DNA from: Squalus acanthias
Lineage: Eukaryota
Assembly (NCBI GenBank): GCA_030390025.1
Contig: CM059432.1
Coordinates: 125,924,001 to 125,988,000 of the forward strand
Reading direction: 5' to 3'
DNA length: 64,000 bases
Program-made: the position numbers and the translations under genes
The notes under the pieces: generated by a model
The model's database searches: none
Told to the model about the DNA's origin: nothing
What the model saw: only the letters and a program-made list of their open reading frames with translations
Shown here: in pieces, positions 38,256 to 50,125 of the stretch
How positions within the stretch are numbered: the stretch's first letter is position 1
Layout of the letters: each line of letters opens with the position of its first letter

Positions 38256-40348
38256 TGTAAAGTTTCGCAATTATCGCGATTCAAAATAACAAGAGAGAGG
38301 CAGATTCGTTTGATCAGTTTTATTAAACGAAATGCTGTCCTGATATAAAGGACACAGAAGCCTGTAAAATGGCCGCCGCGCATCGTGGCAGAAGCTTCCA
38401 GAAATACAGTGGGCAGACAAGATGGCGTCAAATAAACATTCAATATAAGATTGGATCATACTCGATAAACACTGATAAAGACAGGATGCAACCCGTTTGC
38501 ATTTGAAACAATAGCAAAGATATAAGTGCTGGAATCGTTTTCCATGCACAAGTAAGGACCATTGTACTGGGCAATCGAAGGCCCATCCAGACACATCAAT
38601 ACACAAATACCCCCACGACTCTACAATGAGAGAGACATCGACGGGTGATTAAGCAAGTATTCGGGGGCCCCCCAAAACCAGTCAGGGAGACGATTCGTAC
38701 ACATCCTGGCTGGGTCAACAATGGGGAAAACATTAACGGGTAGTTGGCCAGTTTCAGGTGCTACCGAAACCCGTTAAAGAAGACAACCGCCCCATGCTGG
38801 GACTTTTGTGCACCAGTATTACACAAAGGACAAACATTAAGATTTGAGCGGGAGATAAGGGAACACAGCACTATAACTATAGTGAACAAATGTCCATCGG
38901 TCTCTTATTCTCTTCTTGACTCGCTCAATCGCTGGCTGAAGTTCTTCTTTAGGGCTGGACTTTGTTGACTCTTGACTTTTAGCCGTACTGATCGGTTATT
39001 CGAATGTTGGGTGGAGCTCACTCGGAACGAGCCGCCCCGACAAGGGCAAGTAACAGGGTGCACCATCCCGAGTGTCGGTAAACGGTGTCTGGACCCGGAG
39101 GCCCGAAGAGACGAGACGAGACGAGAAGAAGAGGAGAAGAATCCACGTGCCGCCACGGTCAGTAAACCCCGACCGCGCCCGAAAATATAATAAAGAACTT
39201 TTCATTGAAATCTACCGACAACCGGTGTCGGGAACAGGAAGACTCTTCTTTGAATTTTACAAACGTTTCCGAGTTCTACCGAGTTCTTCATGACAACAGA
39301 GAGTCTGGCCTGCTTGTCGCAGCAGCGAAGATAAACAAGTGGGGTACAGAGACCCTCCAAACACGTGACAGTCAGGCGCTGCAGCGAAACGAGCCGAGTG
39401 CCTCACTTTAAAATTCTCCGAAGTAACACGAGTGGTGAGCATGTTTCACGATCCTACAAATCTAGACGTAGTGTAGGTGTTGTTAAGGGAGGGTGGTTAT
39501 TAAGGTTAAAGTATAATGGGGGAAAAATTCAGTTGGTTGCGCCTCCCGTTAGCGCCTTAAGAGGACGCTAATGGGGCGCAAAGCATCTAGCGCCCAGGCG
39601 CGGCAAAGTTTGCGCCGCTCGCGAAATTAACTAGACATTTTGCGGCGGCACTAAACACTACCACCACGATCTCCTGCGCCGGCAGATCATGACGTCACTC
39701 GAGTGCACAACGCCCCGGTATCGCCCCGGAGCGGATATTGAGTGGCGCCCCCTGCCTTACCGCCTGACGCGAGCAACGACAGGTTGAGGGGAGCGTTCTG
39801 CAGTCATGAAGGGAAAGGGGGAGCGCTATTTAAAGGTGTCCGCTTCCTGCCTTTTATTGTTGGTGCCATTTTTGAACTATGCATTCTGAGAGAGAGAGGG
39901 AGAGACTTCTGGAGAGATTCAACGTTGTGTGAAGGAGTTTTGGGTACTGAGCAGCACTTTGCAGGTTCATTTTGATTTGCCATTCCTTGTTCCCCTTTTT
40001 ACGATGTGCCGTGCGTTCTTCATTTCCATAGACCAAGCTTTATGAATGTATGTATACTTGTACTCTCGTCTCGTTAATTTGCGCCTATGACATGTACTTC
40101 ATGATTTTGGACGCTATACAATAAAGATTTCCATTTCGTACTATTCAACCGGGTCTATTTGAGTTTTCTCTGCATTACTGCTCCTGCACCTAAGTCCAGT
40201 GTTAGAACCGTAAGGGCGAGTGGGTCGAACCACTCACAGGTGCTTATTGCAATAAGGCTGGCCGGAGACCAGAGCAAGCAATAGTATTAGGCAACGAAGG
40301 CCTAACCTCGCACCAGCACCGTCTGAGACACAGGCACAAACCCTTACA
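38256..40348 (+). repeat. 3' LTR carrying a ~470-bp insertion
   Basis: Collinear with the 5' LTR except 39518-39987; AATAAA at 40120. Confidence 0.95.
39518..39987 (+). mobile_element. Single-ended Harbinger fragment inserted in the 3' LTR
   Basis: AAT|GGGGGAAAAATTCAGTTGGTTGCGCCTCCC; homologous to the reverse complement of 40349-40586 and ~27410-27496; absent from the 5' LTR. Confidence 0.85.
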
Positions 40349-40804
40349 GCAGGGGGCGAAAATGAATTTTGCAGATTGGGTGCCCAGTGACCATTGTATG
40401 CTCACTGACGTCACGATCTGCCTGGCGTTGAAGTCCCCGGCAGTAACCGTTAGCGGCGGTGCTACGGGGGGCTGGATTTGGCGTGCGTCACTGGATTCGC
40501 CTCGCCCCGGCACTACTGCATCAGCGCCCCGTTAGCACCCCCGCCAGGCGTTAATGGGAGGCGCAAACCAACTGAATTTTTCCCCCAGTGAGCCAATAAT
40601 GAAAGTACTTACTGCACAGCAGGGACATAAGACAATACGACTTGGAAGATTTTACTAAATATTATTGGCAAACATATTATAGAAGAACAAATGAAAGTTG
40701 CTTTCTAATTTTTTTTAAACTGCATCTATTGATGAAAATTCATGAAGTATTTTTCCATCCCTCCCTCTCCACAATGCAATACTGTTCAGTCGGTGTGTTT
40801 TTGG

Positions 40805-41932
40805 CACCAAGTCCTGTTCACCTATCGCCCCTGTGCTCGCTGACCTACATTGGCTCCGGGTTAAGCAACGCCTCGATTCAAAATTCTCATCCTTGTTTTC
40901 AAATCCCTCCGTGGCCTCGCCCCTCCCTATCTCTCTAATCTCCTCCAGCCCCACAACTCCCCTGAGATATCTGCGCTCCTCTAATTCTGCCCTCATGAGC
41001 ATCCCTGATTATAATCGCTCAACCATTGGTGGCCGTGCCTTCTGTTGCCTCTGCCCTAAGCTCTGGAATGCCCTGCTTAAACCTCTCCGCCTCTCTATTC
41101 TCCATTAAGACGCTCCTTAAAACCTACGGGTGCGGCGCTGCTAACGCCTCCTGCGAAATTCAGCAGGTTAGCGGCAGCGGTAGCCAGTAGCGCCCTGCGG
41201 TGCTGCGCCACCGGGCCACCGCCACCGGCGATGACGTCATCGCCATGCGCAGCGCCCCGCTTGTGCCCCGGCTGCAAACTTCCCTTGCACCCCCTGACCT
41301 ATTGCCGGACGATATGTACGACAGGATCAGGGGGCGTTTTTGCAGCGGCGGTACTTAAAGGGCAGGTGTTGGGCGGCCATTTTTGTTTGGCCCGACTGCC
41401 AGCATCTGCCCCCTTTCCCTTTTTTTTCCGGGGTGCCGGCCGCAATCGCTCCTCTCGAGTGCCAGGCTGTTTTCACTGCACCCTGCTCCCCGGTGGTCTA
41501 GCAGGACCCCGGTACGCGCAACACTAGGCCCCTCCCTTTTAAACAGGGGAGGAGGCCTGCAATGACGCAGCGCTACATGCCGCCGCGCGTGTCGCTGTTG
41601 CACGTAGCACCGCGAACTTCAGTTGTAGCGCCCCAAGAAGCAGGTGGAGCGCTTTCCAGTAGCGCTCTCCCTCCTACTTGGGACGCTACTACCGAATTTC
41701 CGGTGGAGGGGCGCGAACTTTCTCGGGGCACTAAAATTAGCGCCCCAGCAACGTTAGCGCCCCAAATGGGGCGCCACCCAATTTTTCCCCCATCTCTTTA
41801 ACCAAGCTTTTGGTCACCTGCCCTAATTTCTCCTTATGTGGCTCGGTGTCAAATCTTTTGTCTAATAATACTCCTGTGACGCACCTTGGGATGTTTTACT
41901 ACGTTAAAGGCGCTATATAAATACTTGTTGTT
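40805..41932 (+). mobile_element. L2-like LINE 3' end interrupted by a MITE
   Basis: PVLADLHWLRVKQRLDSK and GGRAFCCLCPKLWNAL peptides; GGCGCTATATAAAT tail; inverse copy at ~56880-57104. Confidence 0.7.
41128..41791. mobile_element. GC-rich Harbinger-type MITE, left end truncated
   Basis: Right TIR AATTTTTCCCCC; inverse homology to 19266-19853. Confidence 0.7.
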
Positions 41933-42004
41933 ATGTCAGCCTATTGTTGGAAGATTTCCATTTTTGTCCATTGGTAATCTGTTTCCATTTTGTACTGTTT
42001 TAAA

Positions 42005-42188
42005 GCTGGATTTTTGACGATGTGTGATAGTGTAAAACGGGTGATAGCGAGTCGCCAGCCTGATTTGCATCTCTCTTGATTTTTATTTCTAGTGAAGTCA
42101 ATGGAAATAAAAATGGGGAGAGATGTAAACGGGCTGGCGGTTCGCTATCACCCACTTTCCACTATCGCACAAAGTCAAAATTACCCCC
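42005..42188. mobile_element. Small palindromic MITE
   Basis: Arms GTGATAGTG..GGGTGATAGCGA / TCGCTATCACCC..CACTATCGC around a GAAGTCAATGG centre. Confidence 0.65.
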
Positions 42189-44406
42189 CTAGAGTATAAA
42201 AAACATGCTTGTTGAAGTGATGAATTAAACTAGTTTCAATTCAATAACTTCTGATGACAAGTTTTAATATATCGCTGCTGTTAAGTTAAATTTCCCCCAT
42301 TAACTAAGAATGAGGGAAATTGTACCTGTGGCGGCAGCAGCAGATCTCGGTGCAACCACAATAAGGCTTTTCACAATTCAACCACCAGATTTCACCAATT
42401 ATAACTTGGGGGAATCAATCAAATATCATTCCTATTATGGTTCTCAAACCACGGGGGGGGGGGGGGGGGGGGGGGGGTGGCGGGGAGGGGGGTAAGTTGC
42501 AACTATGGCAGGGGCCGAAAACTGGCAGTATCGAATTGGCGCCTGTTATATACCCTGACAGAATTCCCTTTCAGCCTGTTATATGTCTGCCAGAAAGGAA
42601 AATTGAGCAGAGTGTATAACGCCCGTTTTATGCCCCTGCCATCGTTGAAACATACCCGCCATATATGTTTGACTGACCAGAGGGGAGATTTGATGCATCT
42701 CATTGGAAGCAGTTTTCACTCCAATTACATAGTCTGAGCTCTCCATAGTTACTAGTTATCTCAGCCGCTGTTTACTGTACGGGTTATAGCTCACCGCCGC
42801 TTTCTCCTGGCTCTATGTGCTGTCAATAGCTGCACGCACGGGCGTGCTTCAGAGAGGGCGGTAAGAGGAGGGGCGAGGTCCAAAATCAATAAGCAACGTC
42901 AAAGCAGCTTCAATTCAGTGTCGCACGATGATTAACGTCACGCTCCTGGTAATTAAAATACTTGCGGCGAGCGCAGGCAACGGCAGCGCTGCCGACCTGC
43001 CCAATGTGGCAGCCGCCGCGTTTTGCACCGGAAGTGGATGGCCGCCATTTTTTTCTACAAAACCAGCCTTAACGGCCAGCGTTAAAGCATCGAATATCTA
43101 GGCCTGTATCTCTCAGTACCATACTGAGCTAAACATTTCCACACTGTGCCACTGAAAGGACTATTAGTCCTTTTACACGTTTGGGCTCAGTACCATCTTT
43201 AATAATTAAGGTTTTTTTGATGGTCTTGTTGTTACTCATTATAAGTGATTAGATCATTGTTGAAATGATAACAATAGTATGATTAGTCTCAGTGTCGTAA
43301 CCCTTGGGTATAATTCAGATTCTAATTCAAACCTTTTCTTGCAACTGTTTTCCCTGCTTTTGGGTTGAAGTTACATTCAAAGCGACTCATTATCCCTTTA
43401 TAATATCAACTCTGACATTTCCAGTGTGAAACATTCCAAGAGGTTTGATGGGAATGAGTTGCACAAAGATAAACGTGAACTATTAAAACTAGAAGAAGAG
43501 AACCAGGCTCCTCAAAATATCATGTTAAAATCACTGGAGAACAATTCATCCTGCTGGAGTATCACAGAACTGAAAAGAAAGAACATGACAAGAGAAGAAA
43601 GTTTGTTTTTTGAATATTTGCCAGTGTAATGATTTATCAAGAACATTTTATCCCACAAGTCAAGAATTAAAACAGCAGATAAGTGACTGTTTTTAGATAC
43701 ACGGGATTTTGCGTCTCAATTTAAGCAAGCTTCTGTATAATGCAGGCCAGTAGCCAGGGTCAAATTATTACTTAGGCAAACACAGCTGCCCCGCCCACTG
43801 CAAACATGGTTGATCGCACATGCTTGTCCCAGTGAGGTTGCCCAGGGTCTCCTGCTATTAGACTACTCATTAATGATATGGAGGAGGGTACTTCCTGTAA
43901 ATTTATAAAATATAGTGGTGACACTGAGCTACGTGGCACTGCGATATGTGCCAGGAAGATCAAAAGCATTCTGAGGGATTGGAATCAATTAACGGAAGGG
44001 CAAATGGGTATTAATGTAAGTAAATGTACGGTTATGTAGTTTGGAACAGGAAACAGCAAATATGTGGACACAGCAAAGAGGTGTGCTTTAGCAAAGATGG
44101 AAAAAGAAAAGGATTTGAGTGTGATTACTGGCCATTCACTAATAGTATCCAGTCAATATGACTAATGGATTACTGGGATGCATCACAAGAGCTTCTAACT
44201 ATAGCTGCTTCTGTATTTGTTTTGTGCTGTTCTAGTGCGGTTAGCTCCCAATGATTAGCCAGCGGTAAATTTGCTGGATTTGCTAGGGTAGTAGTCATTT
44301 TACTATCTGATTTAAAAGAGATTATCAAGGGGATTTTCTAGCTTGCAAACTAGAATTTTTTGCTCGATCAGTGAATAATTTTTAACTGCAATTTTACAAG
44401 AATAAT

Positions 44407-46154
44407 GGCCGGAATTTTCCAGGGGGTCAGCGGGTCTGCTCAGCGCTGACAGACCGACATTGGGAAAGGCGGGTTGCGGCGGGTTCGGTGGCGGGTCAGA
44501 AGGGAAATTTGATTTTTTTTTTGACACCCGCCACGGTCAACCCGCCGCAACCCGCCTTTCCCAATGTCGGTCTGTCAGCACTGAGCAGACCCGACAGGCA
44601 GTGGCGGGCGAGCCAATTGATCTCATTAACATCTAGCTGACAGACCATTAACAGGCTTTGTTAAACTTACCTTTTCACTTTAACTTCATGGCCACGGGAA
44701 CCACGCTGTTCGGTGACCACGTCTGTCAACCTGAGGCGGGAGTTCAGTGGCCATTGCTCCAGCTGATTACTTGACAGCTTCAAATGTACAGTAAAAGCTC
44801 CCACCTGACAGATCATCACTTTCCTCAGCCACAAGCTGTTTCTCATTTCCAGCACAGATTCTGCAGGCTTTCCACTCTCCATCCAGTCTCACCTCATTGG
44901 AAGAACTCTCTCACCATTGACAGAATGTGTCTGTCATCTTTACTTCACCTGCCATCTATTCCATCAACATGAGTGCCCTTTATACTGTCTCACCAAAACC
45001 AGCAGCACCAACAACAACACCAACCTTCTCCGCAATCACCTGATGCTGCACAGGACACAGGGCATCAGCACCCGACCACATTGCTGCCCGGGAGGCCAGG
45101 GATGGCCTCACCACGGCCAGATTTACTTCACTCGATGCTGTACACCCTGGCTGCCACATGATTTACCAGGTTGGTACCACCCCACACCAACACCATAAAG
45201 CTTCCCTACAATTTCCAAGCCATTCCTTTCACACTCATCACCATTGTTGGGGATACCATTATGTGTCACCATTCACTGCAACTCATTAAACCACTTCCAA
45301 AGGTGCACACAAATCTGTCCAAGAACGCAGAGTTGAAAATAAAGGTTCCAATGTTTGACAGCACATTAACAGAAACTTTACATGAACATTGGTTAAAACA
45401 CCCAAGTGCCTACCCTTGTGTGTTGTTAGTTGGTATGATGGCACTAGGATGAGGGTGAGTGTGAGGGGTGGTTAGTGAGATGGGGATGTGATAATGTAGA
45501 TAGAGAGGGATGGGTGGAGGTGCAAGGTAAGTTGGTGTGAGTAAGAATGTGCAGGAGTAGGGTAGGGAAGGCAGAGTAATGGGGATGGGATGAGTGGCAC
45601 AGCAGGATGAGGTTGAGTGAGACTTTGTACTAACGCTTCGTGAACTAATGAGATCATTGAAAGGTTTGCGCCACTGCAGCCTGGTCCTCCTGACGACATC
45701 CCTGCTTGTGCCCTCCTCTACAATGTGCAACCAGGCTGTGTTGGTCTCCTGGGGAGGTCTCTTCCGCCCATCGGAAGGGAAGAGGACCTCCCTGCATGCT
45801 GTGACTCCCTCCATAAGCATATGGCGGGAGACATGGGAGAACCTGGGTGCAGCCCTGCACCTCTGTGCAGTGATTGTCAGTTTTTGCAGCACCTCAATGC
45901 TATAGAACACTGACAGCACAAATGTTAAAAGAAAGTTGGCCATGGTCCCTTTAAGGAAACCAGCTGATGACACGTCATGAATGACGTCACCAGAACCGCT
46001 TTCTCTAATTGGCCTGGGAAATGCGCTGGGCGGGCTTAACAAGCCCTATCAATGGAAAATTATTTTCCAGAGCGAGATGGAGCCAGCAGCGAGATCGGGA
46101 CCTGCCACCGACGTCACCTGCCCCGGACCCACCGAGGTAAGGAAAATCTCGGCC
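44407..46154 (-). mobile_element. Non-autonomous Harbinger derivative retaining Myb exon 1
   Basis: AAT|GGCCGGAATTTTCC ... GGAAAATCTCGGCC|AAT; ORF 45410-46042 contains APRFSHVSRHMLMEGV...AWLHIVEE...FNDL. Confidence 0.9.
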
Positions 46155-46961
46155 AATATGTCTAATCGCTTCAGGGCTGGGATCAACACAACTTTTTTTT
46201 AATTGGTAAAAGGTGTGGCAGACAGTCAGACCCACCACTTGTTAATCCTGAATTTGTTGCTGTTAATCTATGGCTTCCAAGATAGGAATTCCAGACTTTA
46301 TTAATGCATCTTTCAAATAATTCAGTATAGTTTTTATTAAGGATGAGCAAACACTTCAATTGTGCCTTGCTCTTTAAAGGCAACGTAATTATGATAAATC
46401 TGGTCTAATGGAATTATTATCCAATCAGGACAGCCGGTAGCATTTCCAAGTGCCCGGTATGATGCACATGTTTAACAGTTTCTTCACAGTCATTTTCCAA
46501 GTTCTCCATCTCCTTGAATCTTGAATGTAACTGCTTTCTGAACTCAACAAAGATAATGCTGATCCACTGTCTGGCTGTCATTTTGGTTACTGTTTCTCTG
46601 TTGAAGTTCAGGTCCTTGGATGATTTATAAAAGGCAAAATATAAAGCTAAAGTGAGCAGACTTTCAACTACTTTCCCAATATTCTTCTCATCTGTAATAA
46701 ATAAAATATTCCATTGATTTGTTTATGTTACACATGAAAATCTGGATCCCATGAACAGAGAGTGAATGGGAGACAGAGAAGGGAAAGGACAGGAGAGGAG
46801 ACAGAAGGGGAGTGAGCCACATCCAAGTTCATTCAAATCTAATGTTCTGAAGACTTTCAAGTTCAAATAATGTAGGTTTTTCTTCTTAATAAATAACATA
46901 AATTGTTTAAGATAAACTATTCAACCTAAATGAAAGGGAACATTATTTTTAAGTGTCAGTC

Positions 46962-47082
46962 ACAGACCTGAAATGTTAACTCTGTTTCTCTCTCCATGGA
47001 TGCTGCCTGGCCTGCTGAGTTTTTCCAGCGTTTTCTGTTGTTATTTCAGATTTCCAGCATCCGCAGTATTTAGCTATTGTAT
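46962..47082 (+). repeat. Single arm of the Penelope-type repeat
   Basis: Matches 22762-22879. Confidence 0.75.
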
Positions 47083-47186
47083 TGTGTCTCAGGTTAATGT
47101 GCTATCTCCAGGTCTAATTTATATTCCCAGCAGATTGCTGCCCTATGGATTTAATCCTGTTTGTGCTAGATTTAACTTAAGAGTAA

Positions 47187-48585
47187 CATAGAAACATAGA
47201 AAAGTAGGAGCAGGAGTAGGCCATTCGGCCCTTCGAGCCTGCTCCGCCATTCAATATGATCATGGCTGATCCTCTATCTCAATACCATATTCCCGCTCTC
47301 TCCCCATACCCCTTGATGCCTTTTGTGTCTAGAAATCTATCTATCTCCTTCTTAAATATATTCAGTGACTTGACCTCCACAGCCTTCTGTGGTAGAGAAT
47401 TCCACAGGTTCACCACCCTCTGAGTGAAGAAATTTCTCCTCATCTCAGTCCTAAATGTCCTACCCCGTATCCTGAAACTGTGACCCCTCGTTCTAGAGCC
47501 CCCAGCCAGGGGAAACATCATCCCTGCATCCAGTCTGTCTAGCCCTGTCAGAATTTTATACGTTTCAATGAGATCCCCTCTCATTCTTCTAAACTCTAGT
47601 GAATACAGGCCTAGTCGACCCAATCTCTCCTCATACGACAGTCCTGCCTATCCCAGGAATCAGTCTGGTGAACCTTCGCTGCACTCCCTCTATGGCAAGT
47701 ATATCCTTTCTTAGGTAAGGAGACCAAAACTGTACACAGTACTCCAGGTGTGGTCTCACCAAGGCCCTGTATAACTGTAGTAAGACATCCTTGCTCCTGT
47801 ACGCAAATCCTCTTGCAATGAAGGCCAACATACCATTTGCCTTCCTAACTGCTTGCTGCACCTGCATGTTTGCTTTCAGTGACTGATGTACAAGGACACC
47901 CAGGTCCCTTTGTACATCAACATTTCCCAATCTATCACCATTTAATAATACTCTGCCTTTCTGTTTTTCCTACCGAAGTGGATAACTTCACGTTTATCCA
48001 CGTTATACTGCATCTGCCATGTATTTGCCCACTCACTCAACTTGCCTAAATCACCTTGAAGCCTCTTTGCATCCTCCTCACAGCTCACAATCCCACCTAG
48101 TTTTGTGTCGTCAGCAAACTTGGAAATATTACATTTGGTTCCCTCATCCAAATCATTGATGTATATTGTGAACAGCTGAGGCCCAAGCACTGATCCCTGC
48201 GGTACCCCACTAGTCACCGCCTGCCACCCCGAAAAAGACCCATTTATCCTACTCTCTGTTTACTGTCTGTTAACCAATTTTCAATCCATGCCAGTATATT
48301 ACCCCCAATCCCATGTGCTTTAATTTTGCACACTAACCTCTTATGTGGGACTTTATCAAAGGCCTTCTGAAAATCCAAATACACCACATCCACTGGTTCT
48401 CCTTTATCTATTCTACCAGTTACATCCTCAAAAAACTCCAGTAGGTTTGTCAAACACGATTTCCCTTTCATAAATCCATGTTGACTTTGTCTAATCCCGT
48501 TGATATTTTCTAAGTGTCCTGTTATCACATCCTTTATAATAGACTCTAGCATTTTCCCTACTACTGATATTAGGCTAACCAGTCT
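47187..48585 (-). mobile_element. 5'-truncated CR1 (HER1-like) LINE with frameshifts
   Basis: QHGFMKGKSCLTNL, YLDFQKAFDKVPH, SGVPQGSVLGP, FADD; tail (TTCTATGT)n. Confidence 0.95.
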
Positions 48586-49327
48586 GTATATAAATTACAC
48601 CAAAATCCTTCCGTTGTCAAATAGTAAAAATTCCAAAATGTGAGGATGAGCAAGTGGAGTTGGCAGCAAACAAGCAGCAAGAAGAGGAAGGGAGGGCTAC
48701 GACCATCCATTCCTTCTCCTGTTCCTTGAAATAGTACTGCACGATGGATTGGCACAAAATGCAGGCATCATGACGGTGCCTGGGCATTGTGCATTCACCT
48801 ACAGTATTCTGTTCTTCTGGTCCGACACCACCTCTACGTTGATGAAATAAAAGCCCTTCCTAATCATATAATATAATATAATAGGGTAGTTTTTAGGAGA
48901 ACTTCATGGCTACATGATTGCTATCAATGAAACTTGCACTTTAGTGAAGCCTGCCACCTGGTAAAAGTGCTGCGACGTCTCGTGCTGTCGCTTCCATTCA
49001 GTGGGGAAAGTGGCTAATAAGGTTTCTGTGACCTATTTGATGCATTGGCGGAGTGAAGTCCGACTAATATGTCAAATGTCACTAGTGATAGCTTGAAAGG
49101 ATCTAGTTCCATAAAAGTTCAATGTTATTGTGATCTTCACAGCAGTGGGCAAGGCTCTCCCTGTGTGAGATCATATCTGAAGGTCAGTTTCCAGTAGGTG
49201 CATATTTCAGTGACAACCTCCTTTTGAGAAGCAGAGGAAGCAGAGATGGCTAAGGCAGGTCAAATAGGTGAAATTAGGTCTGAAAATATAGTTCCTGGTC
49301 TCAATCTAAGTAGGCCAGCGGTACAAG

Positions 49328-49777
49328 TACGGTATGGTAGCATAGTGGATATGTTACTGGACTAGTAATCGCTTAGCCAATTTCATATCCACGTAGCCAC
49401 TGCCCTTTAATCCCATGGGCTTCAATTTTGCCAATAAGTCTATTATGTGGTACTTCAACAAACGCCTTTTGAAAGTTCAAATCCCACCACGGCAGCTGGG
49501 GAATTTAAATTCAGTTAATTAAATAAATCTGGAATAAAAAGCTAGTATCAGTAATGGTAACCATGAAACTATCAGATTGTCGTAAAAACCCATCTGTTTC
49601 ACGAATGTCCTTTAGGGAAGGAAATCTGTCGTCATTACCTGGTCATTACCTGGTCTGGCTTTTAACTGCCCTCTGCAGTTCAAGAAGGCAGCACCACCTT
49701 CGCAAGGACAATTAGGGATGGCCAATAAATGCTGGCCTTGCCAGCAACGCCCACATCCCATGAACGAATAAAAAAAA
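49328..49777 (+). mobile_element. tRNA-derived SINE with CR1-type tail, carrying a 105-bp foreign insert
   Basis: GGTAGCATAGTGG A-box, GTTCAAATCCC B-box, tail CCCACATCCCATGAACGAATAAAAAAAA. Confidence 0.7.
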
Positions 49778-50125
49778 GTGCACCTACCTTTGCTCAAACT
49801 CCTCTAAATCCATGACAGGCAGTGACAGGCCAAGGGAACGTTGAGTTGAGGTTGGCAGTTGCAGGCAGCAACAGTGCTGTGGCTAGAGGTTTGTGCAAAA
49901 GAACCTAGTATGGTAAGCAAACAGCAGTAAAAACTATTGCTCAAGCAATAAAGCAGGAGTAGCAGTATGGCAAGACAGAAAAAAAATAGCAAAAACCACC
50001 TTTCCAAACATCAATGAGTGCCAGCTTTAATAATTGACGTTGACCACCCAAGAGCATAGAAGCCATCAAGCGTCCATTTTAAATGGGTATGCAGTTCACA
50101 GTGATGAATGGTGAGAAGATACAGG

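Larger units (their letters stand above)
27497..40348 (+). mobile_element. Endogenous retrovirus-like provirus (lokiretrovirus-like), LTR-gag-pro-pol-env-LTR, defective
   Basis: Paired LTRs TGTAA...TTACA, 4-bp TSD GCAG (27493-27496 and 40349-40352), PBS, PPT and a full set of coding domains. Confidence 0.95.
23246..40586. mobile_element. Two-gene Harbinger transposon split by the provirus (own sequence 23246-27496 and 40349-40586)
   Basis: TIRs GGGGGAGAAATTCA / TGAATTTTTCCCCC; Myb (+) and transposase (-) remnants; sequence is continuous across the GCAG duplication; no clean 3-bp TSD. Confidence 0.8.

Noticed and set aside
42453..42492. Poly-G tract as a functional G-quadruplex
   Set aside because: Homopolymer inside a MITE-like region; length unreliable and similar runs occur elsewhere
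43426..43629. Possible host exon (also 46400-46640)
   Set aside because: Short, no recognisable protein family, no consistent acceptor/donor pair
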